Assembly (NCBI GenBank): GCA_903926385.1
Contig: CAIYIS010000007.1
Location: 71,614 to 135,613 of the forward strand
Length of the DNA stretch: 64,000 nucleotides
Source of the DNA: an uncultured Bacteroidota bacterium
GTDB lineage: Bacteria; Bacteroidota; Bacteroidia; 2-12-FULL-35-15
Reading direction: 5' to 3'
Of the stretch, positions 1-9,350 are shown piece by piece (within the stretch, counting starts at the first letter, position 1; each line of letters starts with the position of its first letter). The position numbers and the translations under genes were made by a program. Below the pieces are notes generated by a model that did no database searches, was not told the DNA's origin, and saw nothing but the letters and a program-made list of their open reading frames with translations.

Positions 1-752
1 CGAACGTTTGTATGCCACTTTCATTTTACTTCGCGGAGTAGAACGAAACATAGATTGTATCCGTTCAAAAAAAGAATTGATACCTTTTGATAAATCAGTT
101 CCGCGCTTGAATTGCTGAATAAAAACATAACCCATCAATGCACCGCCCAGATGAGCCAGATTACCTCCCACATTATTATACGAAGCCACACTCAGCACAT
201 CAATAAACAACACAAACAAGGCCACATATATTAATTTAACCTCTCCGATAAATAACATATTGATACGATAATGCGGCACCAATGTGGCTGCCGCAATAAT
301 AATAGCAGTAACTCCAGCCGATGCTCCCAGCAAATGTGTGCCGATAAATCCATGAAAAAACGGAAGCAGATTAAACAGCATTGTTATCAACCCTCCTGCT
401 ATTCCTCCCATCATATAGAGCGGAATTATTTTTCTGGAATCAGTAAAGTTGGTGAGTATTTGTCCAAACCAGAACAAAGTAACCATGTTCCAGAAAATAT
501 GCATCAGGTCGAAGTGAACAAACATATAAGTAATGAGTGTCCACGGACGGTAAATAAAACCTTCTATACTGATAGGAAGCGAAACAATATTGTTGTAAAA
601 ATCTTCAACCAACAATGTGCTTACACTGCCCCCGACAAAGAAAAAAAGTATTTTGGAAATACTGATAATTAAAAATACAGCAACATTGACAATGATTAAA
701 CGGGTAATAACATTGCCACTTTTTATTTTCTGCTTTATGTCTTCTATTATGT
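1..752 (-). CDS. rhomboid family intramembrane serine protease (C-terminal part runs off the window start)
   Basis: Continuous minus-strand frame from the ATG at 752-750. The translation has GASAGV (GxSG) and AHLGG(A)LMG motifs and multiple TM-like hydrophobic stretches. The plus-strand ORF 271-672 is antisense to it. Confidence 0.6.
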
Positions 753-764
753 GATTCGCCATTT

Positions 765-1517
765 CTAAAAAATTGTTCTTTTATTTTTCTTCCAGAACAT
801 GATTAAAATAAAACCAAACAACATACCTCCTAAATGAGCAAAGTGTGCCACATTGTCATTCGGATTGTTGGCAATTCCAAAAAATAATTCGGCAGCACCA
901 TACAACACAACAAACCATTTTGCTTTAATCGGAATAGCAAAATAAATATACAACAAAGTATTTGGAAACAGCATACCAAAAGCCAGCAATATGCCAAACA
1001 CCGCTCCCGATGCACCAATGGTAGAGTTATTAATCAATATATTTATTTCGCCCATCGTACCGTCTATAAAGTTTTTGCCTTCGGCATACACTTCCTGACC
1101 TTTGCTCAGCACCAGTGTCAAGTCTTCGGGCGATACCTGTGAATAAAGTGACTCCAATCGAAAATACGTTACCGCCAATTGAACCACTGCCGCACCTATG
1201 CCTGTAATCATGTAATACGTAAGGAAACGCTTCGAGCCCCAAAAGTTCTCGAGCACATTGCCAAACATCCATAAGGCAAACATATTAAAGAACAAGTGAG
1301 AAAAAGTAGCGTGCATAAACATATACGACACCAGCTGATACGAGCGAAACCGTTCCGAAAGCGGAAAGTGCAACCCTAAGATGTCTGATAAATCTATTTT
1401 GTATTGACTCTCCAGCACCATCGATGCCAGAAAAAATAAGCCGTTTAGTATCAATAAATTTTTTACTACCGGTGGTAATACACTGAAACTATTCGGTCGA
1501 TATTGTTGGTAACTCAT
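765..1517 (-). CDS. rhomboid family intramembrane serine protease
   Basis: 250 aa. The GASGAVFG (GxSG) motif and AHLGGMLFG catalytic-His region are typical of rhomboids. It sits in tandem with a paralog upstream. Confidence 0.75.
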   Translation of the reverse strand: MSYQQYRPNSFSVLPPVVKNLLILNGLFFLASMVLESQYKIDLSDILGLHFPLSERFRSYQLVSYMFMHATFSHLFFNMFALWMFGNVLENFWGSKRFLTYYMITGIGAAVVQLAVTYFRLESLYSQVSPEDLTLVLSKGQEVYAEGKNFIDGTMGEINILINNSTIGASGAVFGILLAFGMLFPNTLLYIYFAIPIKAKWFVVLYGAAELFFGIANNPNDNVAHFAHLGGMLFGFILIMFWKKNKRTIF

Positions 1518-1650
1518 TAATTTTTTTAGTTGTTCGTTATTAGTTGTTCGTTCCCTCGCCCTTTTTGCCTACTGCAAAATTGTCCAATTGCCTACTGCCA
1601 AATTGTCTTTTCCCCTCTTGCCTATTCGCTATTCACTATTGGCTATTCCA

Positions 1651-3522
1651 TCATTTCTTAAACCTCTTATCCAAATCTTCGCTCGAAAAAGTAGTTATTG
1701 TTGGTTTTCCCGAAGGTGTGCTGTAAGGCATACTGCAGGCAAACAGCTCATCTATCAGGTTATTCATTTCTTCCTGCGTTAATGTTCTGCCCGATTTTAT
1801 TGACATATTTCGTGCCATAGAACGAGCCAGATTCTCTCTTTTGTCCGATTTTAATTCCTGCAGGTTTTGTTTATAGTTTTCCAGTAAACCTTCCAGCAGC
1901 GCCACCGAGTCCATATTTACCGTATCGGCAGGTATCCCGTGTATCACAAATGTGTTCTTTCCAAACTCGCTTATGTCAAAACCCATGGCATGAATTTCCG
2001 GTTGCAGTTCTTTAACCAATGCAAAATCCGAAGCATTCAGCTCTATTGTTTTCGGAAACAGTTCCTGCTGTGTAGCCGACTTATGTTTCTCAAACGCCTC
2101 TAGTATGCGCTCATATAATATCCTTTCGTGAGCCCCCTGCTGGTCTATCACCATCAGTCCCGTTTTAATATGGGTCAAAATATATTTGTTGTGCAACTGA
2201 TAAGCCGTTTTCAGACTACTTTCGTGCAACTCATTATCCCAATCGGCATCTATCGTTTGCTGATTGTTCTCCTCTTTTTTAATCTCTATCTCCAGCTGAT
2301 TATCCGCATGGCGGCTATACATTTTTTCCCAATTAGCACGGTTCGATAATTCTCTTTCCGAAGTGTTGCGCTCCGGCAAAGCCCCCGTTACAAAAGGATT
2401 AAAATTAGGATCCACCTTTATTGTTGGCACTTTATAAATACCATCCACCGGTTTCAGAGGCATGTTATACAAATGTGCTTCCTGGTCAAAATCCAAACTC
2501 GGAGCTATATTAAATTGCCCAAGCGACTTTTTGACAGTGGAACGAAGAAAAGCATAAATCGCTTTTTCGTCTTCAAACTTCACTTCCGTTTTGGTAGGAT
2601 GTATGTTTATGTCTATACTTTTGGGGTCTACATCCAGCGTCAAAAAATACGATGCATAACTGTCCTTGGGCAGCAATTGCTCAAAAGCCGACTGCACCGC
2701 ATGATGCAAATACGAACTTTTTATAAATCGTTTGTTCAGAAAAAAGAACTGCTCCCCCCGGGTTTTCTTTGCAAAATCAGGCTTTATCACATATCCCTTT
2801 ATGTTCACTATTCCTGTTTCTTCCTCCACCGGCACCAGCCTTGTGTTATACGAATTGCCAAACAATGCCATCAGCCGCTGTTTCAAATTGCCTGCCGTTA
2901 GGTTAAACAGCTCTGTGTTGTTATGAAAAAAACTAAACCCCACCTGAGGATTAGGAATAGCCACCCGCTGAAACTCATCCATTATATGGCGCAACTCCAC
3001 AGCATCCGTTTTCAAAAAGTTTCGCCGGGCCGGCACATTATAAAACAAATTTTTAATCGCAATACTCGTTCCTTCCGCACAACTGCTCGCCTCCTGCCTT
3101 TTCACCTCGCTGCCTTCTATCTCTATCATCACCCCCACATCATCCCCTATCCGTTTTGTTTTTAGCTCCACCTGAGCTATAGCCGCTATCGAAGCCAGCG
3201 CCTCTCCCCTAAAACCCATCGTACGGATAGCAAACAAATCGTCTGCCTTTCTTATTTTCGAAGTAGCATGACGCTCAAAACTCATCCTTGCATCCGTAGC
3301 ACTCATCCCGCAACCATTGTCTATTACCTGAATCAACGTTTTGCCAGCATCTTTCACTATCAGCTTTATGTTTCCTCCCCCTGCATCCAGCGCATTTTCC
3401 ATCAATTCCTTTACTGCCGAAGCTGGCCTCTGAACCACCTCTCCGGCCGCTATCTGATTGGCTACTGAGTCCGGTAATAAATGAATTATATCTGACATTA
3501 TTTCTTGTTTCTTTTTGGGCAA
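1651..3522 (-). CDS. mutL: DNA mismatch repair protein MutL
   Basis: The N-terminal GHKL ATPase motifs (LPDSVANQIAAGEVVQRPASAVKELMENALDAG, DNGCGM) are unmistakable for MutL. An alternative start at the second Met (3498) is possible. Confidence 0.9.
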   Translation of the reverse strand: MPKKKQEIMSDIIHLLPDSVANQIAAGEVVQRPASAVKELMENALDAGGGNIKLIVKDAGKTLIQVIDNGCGMSATDARMSFERHATSKIRKADDLFAIRTMGFRGEALASIAAIAQVELKTKRIGDDVGVMIEIEGSEVKRQEASSCAEGTSIAIKNLFYNVPARRNFLKTDAVELRHIMDEFQRVAIPNPQVGFSFFHNNTELFNLTAGNLKQRLMALFGNSYNTRLVPVEEETGIVNIKGYVIKPDFAKKTRGEQFFFLNKRFIKSSYLHHAVQSAFEQLLPKDSYASYFLTLDVDPKSIDINIHPTKTEVKFEDEKAIYAFLRSTVKKSLGQFNIAPSLDFDQEAHLYNMPLKPVDGIYKVPTIKVDPNFNPFVTGALPERNTSERELSNRANWEKMYSRHADNQLEIEIKKEENNQQTIDADWDNELHESSLKTAYQLHNKYILTHIKTGLMVIDQQGAHERILYERILEAFEKHKSATQQELFPKTIELNASDFALVKELQPEIHAMGFDISEFGKNTFVIHGIPADTVNMDSVALLEGLLENYKQNLQELKSDKRENLARSMARNMSIKSGRTLTQEEMNNLIDELFACSMPYSTPSGKPTITTFSSEDLDKRFKK

Positions 3523-3589
3523 AGATAGGATTTTAAATTTCGGGATTCCATATTTCAGATTTCAAATTAATCAACAATTATTAGGGCGC

Positions 3590-3838
3590 ATCAAAGCAAT
3601 CTCTCAAGTTCAATTCGGCAATAGGCAATAAACAATAATCAATCACCAATCTTTCATTTGCCTACTGCCCAATTGCAAAATTGCTTAATTGTTTTTAGGG
3701 CACCATCCTTATCTCCCTTCGTATTCCCCTCTCCCGCTATCCGTTCCAAGTCCGCCCCCGCCATTGCCTGCACACTTCGGGCTTTCCACTGCTATCGGGT
3801 GCAGTTAGTCAGCGCCTCTTTCTTTGTTAGCTTTAAGT
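3590..3838 (+). repeat. dispersed ~250-bp repeat element, copy A (inverted relative to copies B and C)
   Basis: Over 90% identical to the reverse complement of 6594-6740 (shared core GGGCACCATCCTTATCTCCCTTCGTA...GTTAGTCAGCGCCTCT). The left arm shares GAACTTGAGAGATTG and GATTGGTGATTG blocks with copy B. Confidence 0.6.
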
Positions 3839-3869
3839 AAGCACGTAATAATACCCCAACCGTCTCGCA

Positions 3870-4050
3870 TCTCCCCCTCTCTTGTGGAGAGGGGATAAAG
3901 GGGAGAGGTACTTTCAACCCCGTTAGGGGTTATATGTTGGTAGCCACGGGTGAAACCCGTGGTAATTCAAATCCCCACCATCCTCCTAAACCCCTTTAGG
4001 GCGGCAAACAGCCAGTGGCTGTTTGAGCGAGTTCGTGCGTCAGCTGGTAG
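3870..4050. repeat. cluster of GC-rich stem-loops (REP/MITE-like palindromic element family)
   Basis: Consecutive perfect hairpins: CCCCTCTC-ttgtg-GAGAGGGG, AACCCC-gtta-GGGGTT, CCACGGG-tgaaa-CCCGTGG, AACAGCC-agt-GGCTGTT. Related hairpins recur at 5805-5875, 37406-37430 and 40503-40662. Confidence 0.45.
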
Positions 4051-4169
4051 CCTCGGCTTTTCCGTTTTCTGTTTTATTTTTGTTTTAAAAAGAGGGTTGT
4101 GCAACGGCTACTTATGTTAGCTGCTGTGCTTTCTTTCGTCTGTCTTGTGTTCTGTCAGTTTTAATGATG

Positions 4170-4752
4170 TTATTTAATTTCAAGTTTCGTCCAAATACTG
4201 TCTTGTTTCAATTCATTAATAAAGTCGTTTTTCAGTTCTGTGTTAGGAGCAGAATATGGAATTTCTTTTATGTCCGTCTTAAAGCAAACTTTTTCTTTAC
4301 AACTAAACTTTGTCCATTTCAAAGTTACCGCATTATCTTCTCGTGTCTTAACAATAAAAGCAGGAAGGTTTTTATTTATAGTGTCAGTTTCTGCTGCCCA
4401 ATTGGTTGCTTTGTCAACCCGCAAACTGTTGCAAAGTAACAACACTGTATTATTCTTTTGTCTATATGTTCCTTTGTAATATGTGTCGTTGCCAACACAA
4501 TAGTTAACTGCAACAAATTCGCTGTCATTTAAAAATAAAACATTCCCAGAACAACAATCACATTCACCCGTTGCGCGACATAATACTGTGTCAAAGTCTG
4601 GAGCTGTAACGTAAAGTTGTCCTGCAAGATTGATTTTTGTTAAACTGTCTCCTGCGGTCATTAATGTTTTGTCTGCTGTATTTGATTTGCAAGAGAATAG
4701 TCCAAGTGTCAATATTAAAACTATGTTGTATTTAGCGTTTTTCCAAAGTGTC
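4170..4752 (-). CDS. hypothetical lipoprotein
   Basis: The ORF has a signal peptide plus lipobox (ILTLGLFSC) if started at MTLWKN. It has several Cys pairs and no recognisable catalytic motif. Confidence 0.5.
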
Positions 4753-5051
4753 ATTTCTCTTTCTTTTATCAATGTCAGGCTTACGTTACGTTCGGTTCGT
4801 AGCATTGCAGCTAACAGTTATTATGCGCTACTCCTAATCCATTTATAGCGCAATGCATACCTAATTCGGCAGGATTTGCGCTATAACTTGTTCTATTCAG
4901 TAGCGTATATTTATAATAGTTTGTCAAGTGGCGATTGTATTTTGCTTAAATGTTTTTTGCTCACGTGTGTGTGTATTGATGCCTTTGCCGTTGTTTCCCT
5001 CCTCCAAATCTTCCTCGCTTAAATTCTTTTACAAATATATACTATTATTAT

Positions 5052-5091
5052 ATACCCAAAAAACAATCCCACCCATTTCTGAGCGGGATTG
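5052..5091 (-). terminator. rho-independent terminator (minus strand)
   Basis: On the minus strand, a CAATCCC / GGGATTG 7-bp stem is followed by TTTTTTGGG, immediately 3' of the 5103 stop. Confidence 0.45.
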
Positions 5092-5102
5092 ATGTTTTAA
5101 TT

Positions 5103-5675
5103 CTAACCGTTTTTTATTGCTGTTGGCAAACCGAGTACTTTCCTTTTTAAGGATTGTACTTCATCTGTCAAGGATAGTACTTTCCTTATCAAGGATTGTA
5201 CTTCATCTGTCAAGGATAGTTCTTTCCTTATCAAGGATTGTACTTTATCTGTCAAGGATAGTTCTTTCCTTATCAAGGATTGTACTTTATCTGTCAAGGA
5301 TTGTACTTTCCTTATCAAGGATTGTACTTTATCTGTCAAGGATAGTACTTTCCTTATCAAGGATTGTACTTTATCTGTCAAGGATTGTACTTTCCTTATC
5401 AAGGATTGTACTTTATCTGTCAAGGATTGTACTTTCCTTATCAAGGATTGTACTTTATCTGTCAAGGATAGTACTTTCCTTATCAAGGATTGTACTTCAT
5501 CTGTCAAGGATAGTACTATTTTTAGGAAGGATAGTACTCCATTTAGTAAGCCGAGTACTTCCTTTAACAATTGGAGTACTCCATCAAACAGACCGAGTAC
5601 TCCATTTAACAAGTCGAGTACTCCATTTAACAGACCGAGTACTCCATTTAACAAGTCGGCACGCGCGATGTACAC
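5103..5675 (-). CDS. coiled-coil protein built from 21-nt (heptad) tandem repeats; coding status uncertain
   Basis: The minus frame gives canonical a/d leucine heptads (LNGVLGL.., SLTDKVQSLIRKVQ repeated many times) and a terminator follows the stop. The opposite strand is also open through the repeat (5117-5764), so frame alone cannot decide. Confidence 0.35.
   Translation of the reverse strand: MYIARADLLNGVLGLLNGVLDLLNGVLGLFDGVLQLLKEVLGLLNGVLSFLKIVLSLTDEVQSLIRKVLSLTDKVQSLIRKVQSLTDKVQSLIRKVQSLTDKVQSLIRKVLSLTDKVQSLIRKVQSLTDKVQSLIRKELSLTDKVQSLIRKELSLTDEVQSLIRKVLSLTDEVQSLKRKVLGLPTAIKNG
5110..5660. repeat. tandem repeat, 21-bp unit alternating as a 42-bp super-unit, ~25 copies
   Basis: Direct reading shows CAAGGATTGTACTTTATCTGT / CAAGGATAGTACTTTCCTTAT alternating, degenerating to AACAGACCGAGTACTCCATTT units toward 5660. 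Confidence 0.85.
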
Positions 5676-5804
5676 TTAAACTCCGTTTTACCCATAGCCC
5701 AAGTTATTATATGCGTTTAAACGAAGGATTTTTAAGGTTTCGTGTTTTTCAGGTTTTGGGGTAAAATGCGTTTTAAAGCGATTTTTTGAGAAATTATCAC
5801 CTCT

Positions 5805-5875
5805 CCCCTGCCCCTCTCCGCAAAAACACCTCACCCCTTAATCCCCTCTCCGAAGGAGAGGGGGAGATGCGTGAC
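5805..5875. repeat. GC-rich hairpin element (same family as 3870-4050)
   Basis: CCCCTCTCC-gaa-GGAGAGGGGG perfect stem-loop plus CACCTCTCCCCTGCCCCTCTCC; same CCCTCTC/GAGAGGG core as the other copies. Confidence 0.4.
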
Positions 5876-6035
5876 GGTTGGGGTAAGTTTTAAGTATACA
5901 TATATATATATGTATTATATTTGTGGGGGGGAGGAAACGGGTTTGGTTTAACACCTGAAAAGGCGAGAAAATAGTTTAGCAAATTTATATGTTAACAGCA
6001 AGCGTAATGCCCGAACCTAACCGAACAACTATAGC

Positions 6036-6458
6036 GTGAAGAAGATTATAATTATATTGACAATTGCTTTTAGTTCTTGCAACAAATTTAATTGCGAAGA
6101 AGATTTAAGACAAGCAGGAATTAACTTCACTGAAGATTTTACAATACTAAAATATGATTCGGATGGAGCTCTTGGTGATTGGGATGATAACTTTCAATTA
6201 AAAATTAGCGACAAAGACGTGGAACTATTTATAAAAAAGGTACAGCAAACAAAGGGCTATAGAGAGTATAAGGAAAAAGAAATAGGTGAAGGAACTGATT
6301 GTTCAATCCCAGATTCCGATAGAATAACAGGTTATAAAAGAGGGACGACATTTTACTACTATATTGAAAAGAAATATGTAAAAGGGAAAGCAAATGAAAA
6401 TTATTGTATTTGGTTGACACCAGACAAAACATTTCACTTTGCATATAGAATGGAATGA
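6036..6458 (+). CDS. hypothetical lipoprotein
   Basis: Signal peptide with lipobox (LTIAFSSC), followed by a strong terminator. Confidence 0.55.
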   Translation: MKKIIIILTIAFSSCNKFNCEEDLRQAGINFTEDFTILKYDSDGALGDWDDNFQLKISDKDVELFIKKVQQTKGYREYKEKEIGEGTDCSIPDSDRITGYKRGTTFYYYIEKKYVKGKANENYCIWLTPDKTFHFAYRME

Positions 6459-6510
6459 ACACCCCTTCCTCTCCCTGGTTTCATTATAAAACTAAAACAA
6501 AAATAATTTC

Positions 6511-6546
6511 AAACCTCCGTTCAGCAATGTTCGGAGGTTTTTTTGT
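6511..6546 (+). terminator. rho-independent terminator
   Basis: ACCTCCG-ttcagcaatgtt-CGGAGGT stem followed by TTTTTTT. Confidence 0.6.
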
Positions 6547-6593
6547 GAAAGAAATGTAACCTCCAAACTCGCAAAAGAGCGAGTTCGGAGTGA

Positions 6594-6840
6594 GAACTGA
6601 AAGCTAACAAAGAGAGAGGCGCTGACTAACTGCACCCGATAGAAGTGGAAAGCCCGAAGTGGGGAGGCAATAGCGGGGGCGGACTTGGAACGGATAGCGG
6701 GAGAGAGGACTACGAAGGGAGATAAGGATGGTGCCCTAATGATTGGTGATTGGTGATTGAGATGTAAGATTTGAGATGTGAGATTTGAGATTGACGGTTG
6801 AACTTGAGAGATTGCTTCGCTACGCTCGCAATGACAGACA
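6594..6840 (-). repeat. dispersed ~250-bp repeat element, copy B
   Basis: Inverted near-identical copy of 3590-3838. It also carries GATTGGTGATTGGTGATTGAG and GAGATGTAAGATTTGAGATGTGAGATTTGAGATTG micro-repeats and the GAGATTGCTTCGCTACGCTCGCAATGACA tail shared with copy C. Confidence 0.6.
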
Positions 6841-6888
6841 CGAAACTTGAAACTTTACACTTTCTAACTTTAAACTGACAACTCTAAA

Positions 6889-7692
6889 TTAAATCTTAAA
6901 AGTAATAGCCTCCGAAAAGCTAAAATAAAAAGGAGCAATGGGAACTACGGGGTGGGTGTCGTAAATGCTGTTGAAGTTAAACTCTATGCCCACATGTTTG
7001 GTAATGTTAACATCCCATTTAATAACATTGGCAATGCGGGGGTAGATAAAAAATCGGTCGGGACGAGTTTGCAAAAAGGTGGTGAAGAAAAAATCGCTGT
7101 TGTCGCTTACTTTAATTTCGAATTTGATATACGAGTTGGATTTGATATACTGAGTTTGCACCGAAGGGGCGTTATGCGGAATGAGAGTGGAGTCGTAAAC
7201 AGCGGTGTAGTTCCATTGTTCCTGCTCGTACATTACGCCTGTGGCAAGCACAATATTGAACCGAGGATGAACGTAATTATTCCATCGGATGTTAGAGCCC
7301 GCCAGAGAGCGATACAAAATGCCTCGCTTGTTGTCCCACTGATACTGGGCATAACACTCGGGGTGTACTTTGTTTTTATAGTTATGCCGATAGCGAAGAT
7401 GAATAAAACCGGTGTTCAGGATATCGTCAGGCCCGTTGTAAGTAAACCGGAAACCGGATGAAAGCAACAGCAATTCTTTCGATTTTTGAAGAGACATGTC
7501 GAGCGTGTTCGAAGCATCATAAATGGTTGTTTTTTGTTTATCCACCTCCAGCCCACTGCCAAATACTGAATTGAAAAGGGCTTTGGATTTATATCCTGTT
7601 GTATCTATCTTATCAATAGAGATGATTTGCGCCCGCAACAATGGGGAGGAAAAGATAAAGAAAGTAAAAAAAAGAAGTAAGCTGTGTTTCAT
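6889..7692 (-). CDS. putative outer-membrane protein (signal peptide, beta-rich, C-terminal aromatic-x-hydrophobic)
   Basis: The N-terminal signal peptide MKHSLLLFFTFFIFSSPLLRAQ, the alternating hydrophobic pattern and the C-terminal ...ITFKI are consistent with an OM beta-barrel. Assignment to a named family was not possible. Confidence 0.45.
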   Translation of the reverse strand: MKHSLLLFFTFFIFSSPLLRAQIISIDKIDTTGYKSKALFNSVFGSGLEVDKQKTTIYDASNTLDMSLQKSKELLLLSSGFRFTYNGPDDILNTGFIHLRYRHNYKNKVHPECYAQYQWDNKRGILYRSLAGSNIRWNNYVHPRFNIVLATGVMYEQEQWNYTAVYDSTLIPHNAPSVQTQYIKSNSYIKFEIKVSDNSDFFFTTFLQTRPDRFFIYPRIANVIKWDVNITKHVGIEFNFNSIYDTHPVVPIAPFYFSFSEAITFKI

Positions 7693-7883
7693 TCAAAGTA
7701 ATTGATAGTGCAAAGTAACAAAACTTATGGCAATAATTTGATGTGAGATATGAGATATGAGATTTGAGATGGGTTTGCTTTAAGAAATCCGAATGGTGAA
7801 TATAAATTATGAATGCTTAAATCAAGGGGAGTGGTTTAAGTGAATTCTAACTATTGTTTATTTTAGTACTTTTGAGCCCCCAA

Positions 7884-9188
7884 ATGAAAAAAGTAGCATT
7901 TCATACATTAGGTTGTAAACTTAATTTTTCCGAAACAAGCACCATAGCTAGGCTGTTTGAAGAGCAGGGGTATGCCAAAGTGGATTTTAAACAGCCTTCG
8001 GATATTTATGTAATCAATACCTGCTCGGTAACAGCTAATGCTGACAAGGAATGTAAGCAGATAGTAAAATCGGCTTTGAGTATTTCGCCCGATGCATACA
8101 TAGTGGTGGTGGGCTGTTATGCCCAACTAAAGCCCGAAGAGATAGCCGATATAGATGGTGTAGACCTGGTGTTGGGTGCATCGGAAAAGTTTAAACTGCT
8201 GAATTACCTGAATGATTTGACTAAAAAAACAAAAGCGGAAGTGTATAGCTGCGAAATAGAGGAGGCCAACTTTTTTGTGGATGCTTACTCCTTTGGCGAC
8301 CGAACACGGGTGTTTTTAAAAGTACAAGACGGATGTGATTATACTTGTTCTTTCTGCACCATTCCCATGGCGCGCGGAAATAGCCGCAGTGATAGTATAG
8401 AGAATGTAGCCGCTAATGTAAAAAAGATAGCTAAGCAGGATGTAAAAGAGATAGTGCTTACAGGAGTTAATCTGGGTGATTTTGGAAATGATAATTCGAA
8501 CGATTTTTTTCAATTAGTACAAACATTGGATACACTTGCTTTTACTGAAGGCATAGAGCGATTCAGAATCTCGTCCATAGAGCCCAATTTGCTAAAGGAT
8601 GAAATAATAGCATTTGTGGCACAATCGAAGCGGTTTGTTCCGCATTTTCATATTCCATTGCAGTCGGGTAGTAATAAAATACTGAAAGCAATGCGCAGGC
8701 GCTATTTGCGCGAACTGTATGCCGAACGAGTGGCAACTATTAAAAAGGAGATGCCTCACTGCTGTATAGGAGTGGATGTAATAGTAGGCTTTCCGGGCGA
8801 AACGGATGATGATTTTCTGGAAACATATACTTTTTTAAACGAATTGGATGTGTCGTATCTGCATGTGTTTACTTATTCTGAACGGGATAATACAGATGCT
8901 GTGAAACTGAAAGACGCAGTGCCTATGAATGTGAGAAAGAAACGCAACAAAATGCTTCGCATATTATCTGCAAAAAAACTAAGAGCTTTTTATGAGCAAC
9001 ATTTGGGCGAAACCCGAACGGTGCTGTTTGAAGCCGATAATAAAGACGGATTTATGCACGGATTTACAGATAACTACATTAAGGTGAAAACCCCTGTAAA
9101 CAGCCAATTGATAAACCAACTAAAACAAGTAAAGCTAACCGAACTGGATGCGGATGGCTGTGTGTTGGTAACGGTTTTGGATGCGTAA
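7884..9188 (+). CDS. mtaB: radical-SAM methylthiotransferase, MtaB-like (MiaB/RimO family)
   Basis: N-terminal UPF0004 domain MKKVAFHTLGCKLNFSETS, radical SAM CxxxCxxC (CDYTCSFCTIP) and C-terminal TRAM-like region. The MtaB assignment over MiaB/RimO is by the N-terminal motif and is tentative. Confidence 0.7.
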   Translation: MKKVAFHTLGCKLNFSETSTIARLFEEQGYAKVDFKQPSDIYVINTCSVTANADKECKQIVKSALSISPDAYIVVVGCYAQLKPEEIADIDGVDLVLGASEKFKLLNYLNDLTKKTKAEVYSCEIEEANFFVDAYSFGDRTRVFLKVQDGCDYTCSFCTIPMARGNSRSDSIENVAANVKKIAKQDVKEIVLTGVNLGDFGNDNSNDFFQLVQTLDTLAFTEGIERFRISSIEPNLLKDEIIAFVAQSKRFVPHFHIPLQSGSNKILKAMRRRYLRELYAERVATIKKEMPHCCIGVDVIVGFPGETDDDFLETYTFLNELDVSYLHVFTYSERDNTDAVKLKDAVPMNVRKKRNKMLRILSAKKLRAFYEQHLGETRTVLFEADNKDGFMHGFTDNYIKVKTPVNSQLINQLKQVKLTELDADGCVLVTVLDA

Positions 9189-9287
9189 GGCATAACTGAG
9201 TGAGGCAAGACTACCTGAATTATTTTTCAACAATATTATTTTCAAAAGACACAAGTTCAACCTTTTATTATTAACAATAAAAAGAGG

Positions 9288-9320
9288 CCCTTTGTAACCC
9301 GCGTGTTCTCTCTATATTTG
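9288..9320 (+). promoter_or_regulatory. putative Bacteroidota sigma-A promoter (-33 TTG / -7 TATATTTG)
   Basis: TATATTTG (9313-9320) matches the TAnnTTTG -7 consensus about 30 nt upstream of the 9351 ATG. A TTG lies about 23 nt further upstream. Confidence 0.3.
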
Positions 9321-9350
9321 AGCATTAAATAATTTTATATAATTATAAAG

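Noticed and set aside
271-672. 133-aa plus-strand ORF
   Set aside because: It lies antisense inside the rhomboid gene that occupies 1-752 on the minus strand. Its composition is Cys/Asn/Ser-rich and it has no start context.
2128-3468. Plus-strand ORFs overlapping mutL
   Set aside because: They are antisense to a well-supported mutL gene.
4810-5050. 10-bp inverted repeat TATAGCGCAA...TTGCGCTATA and a (TG)5 run
   Set aside because: They are isolated and short. No ORF or conserved context was seen to suggest a function.
5117-5764. 215-aa plus-strand ORF (LSRIVL repeats)
   Set aside because: It is open only because the 21-bp tandem repeat is frame-preserving on both strands. The minus-strand heptad/coiled-coil reading with a downstream terminator is more plausible, but neither reading is proven.
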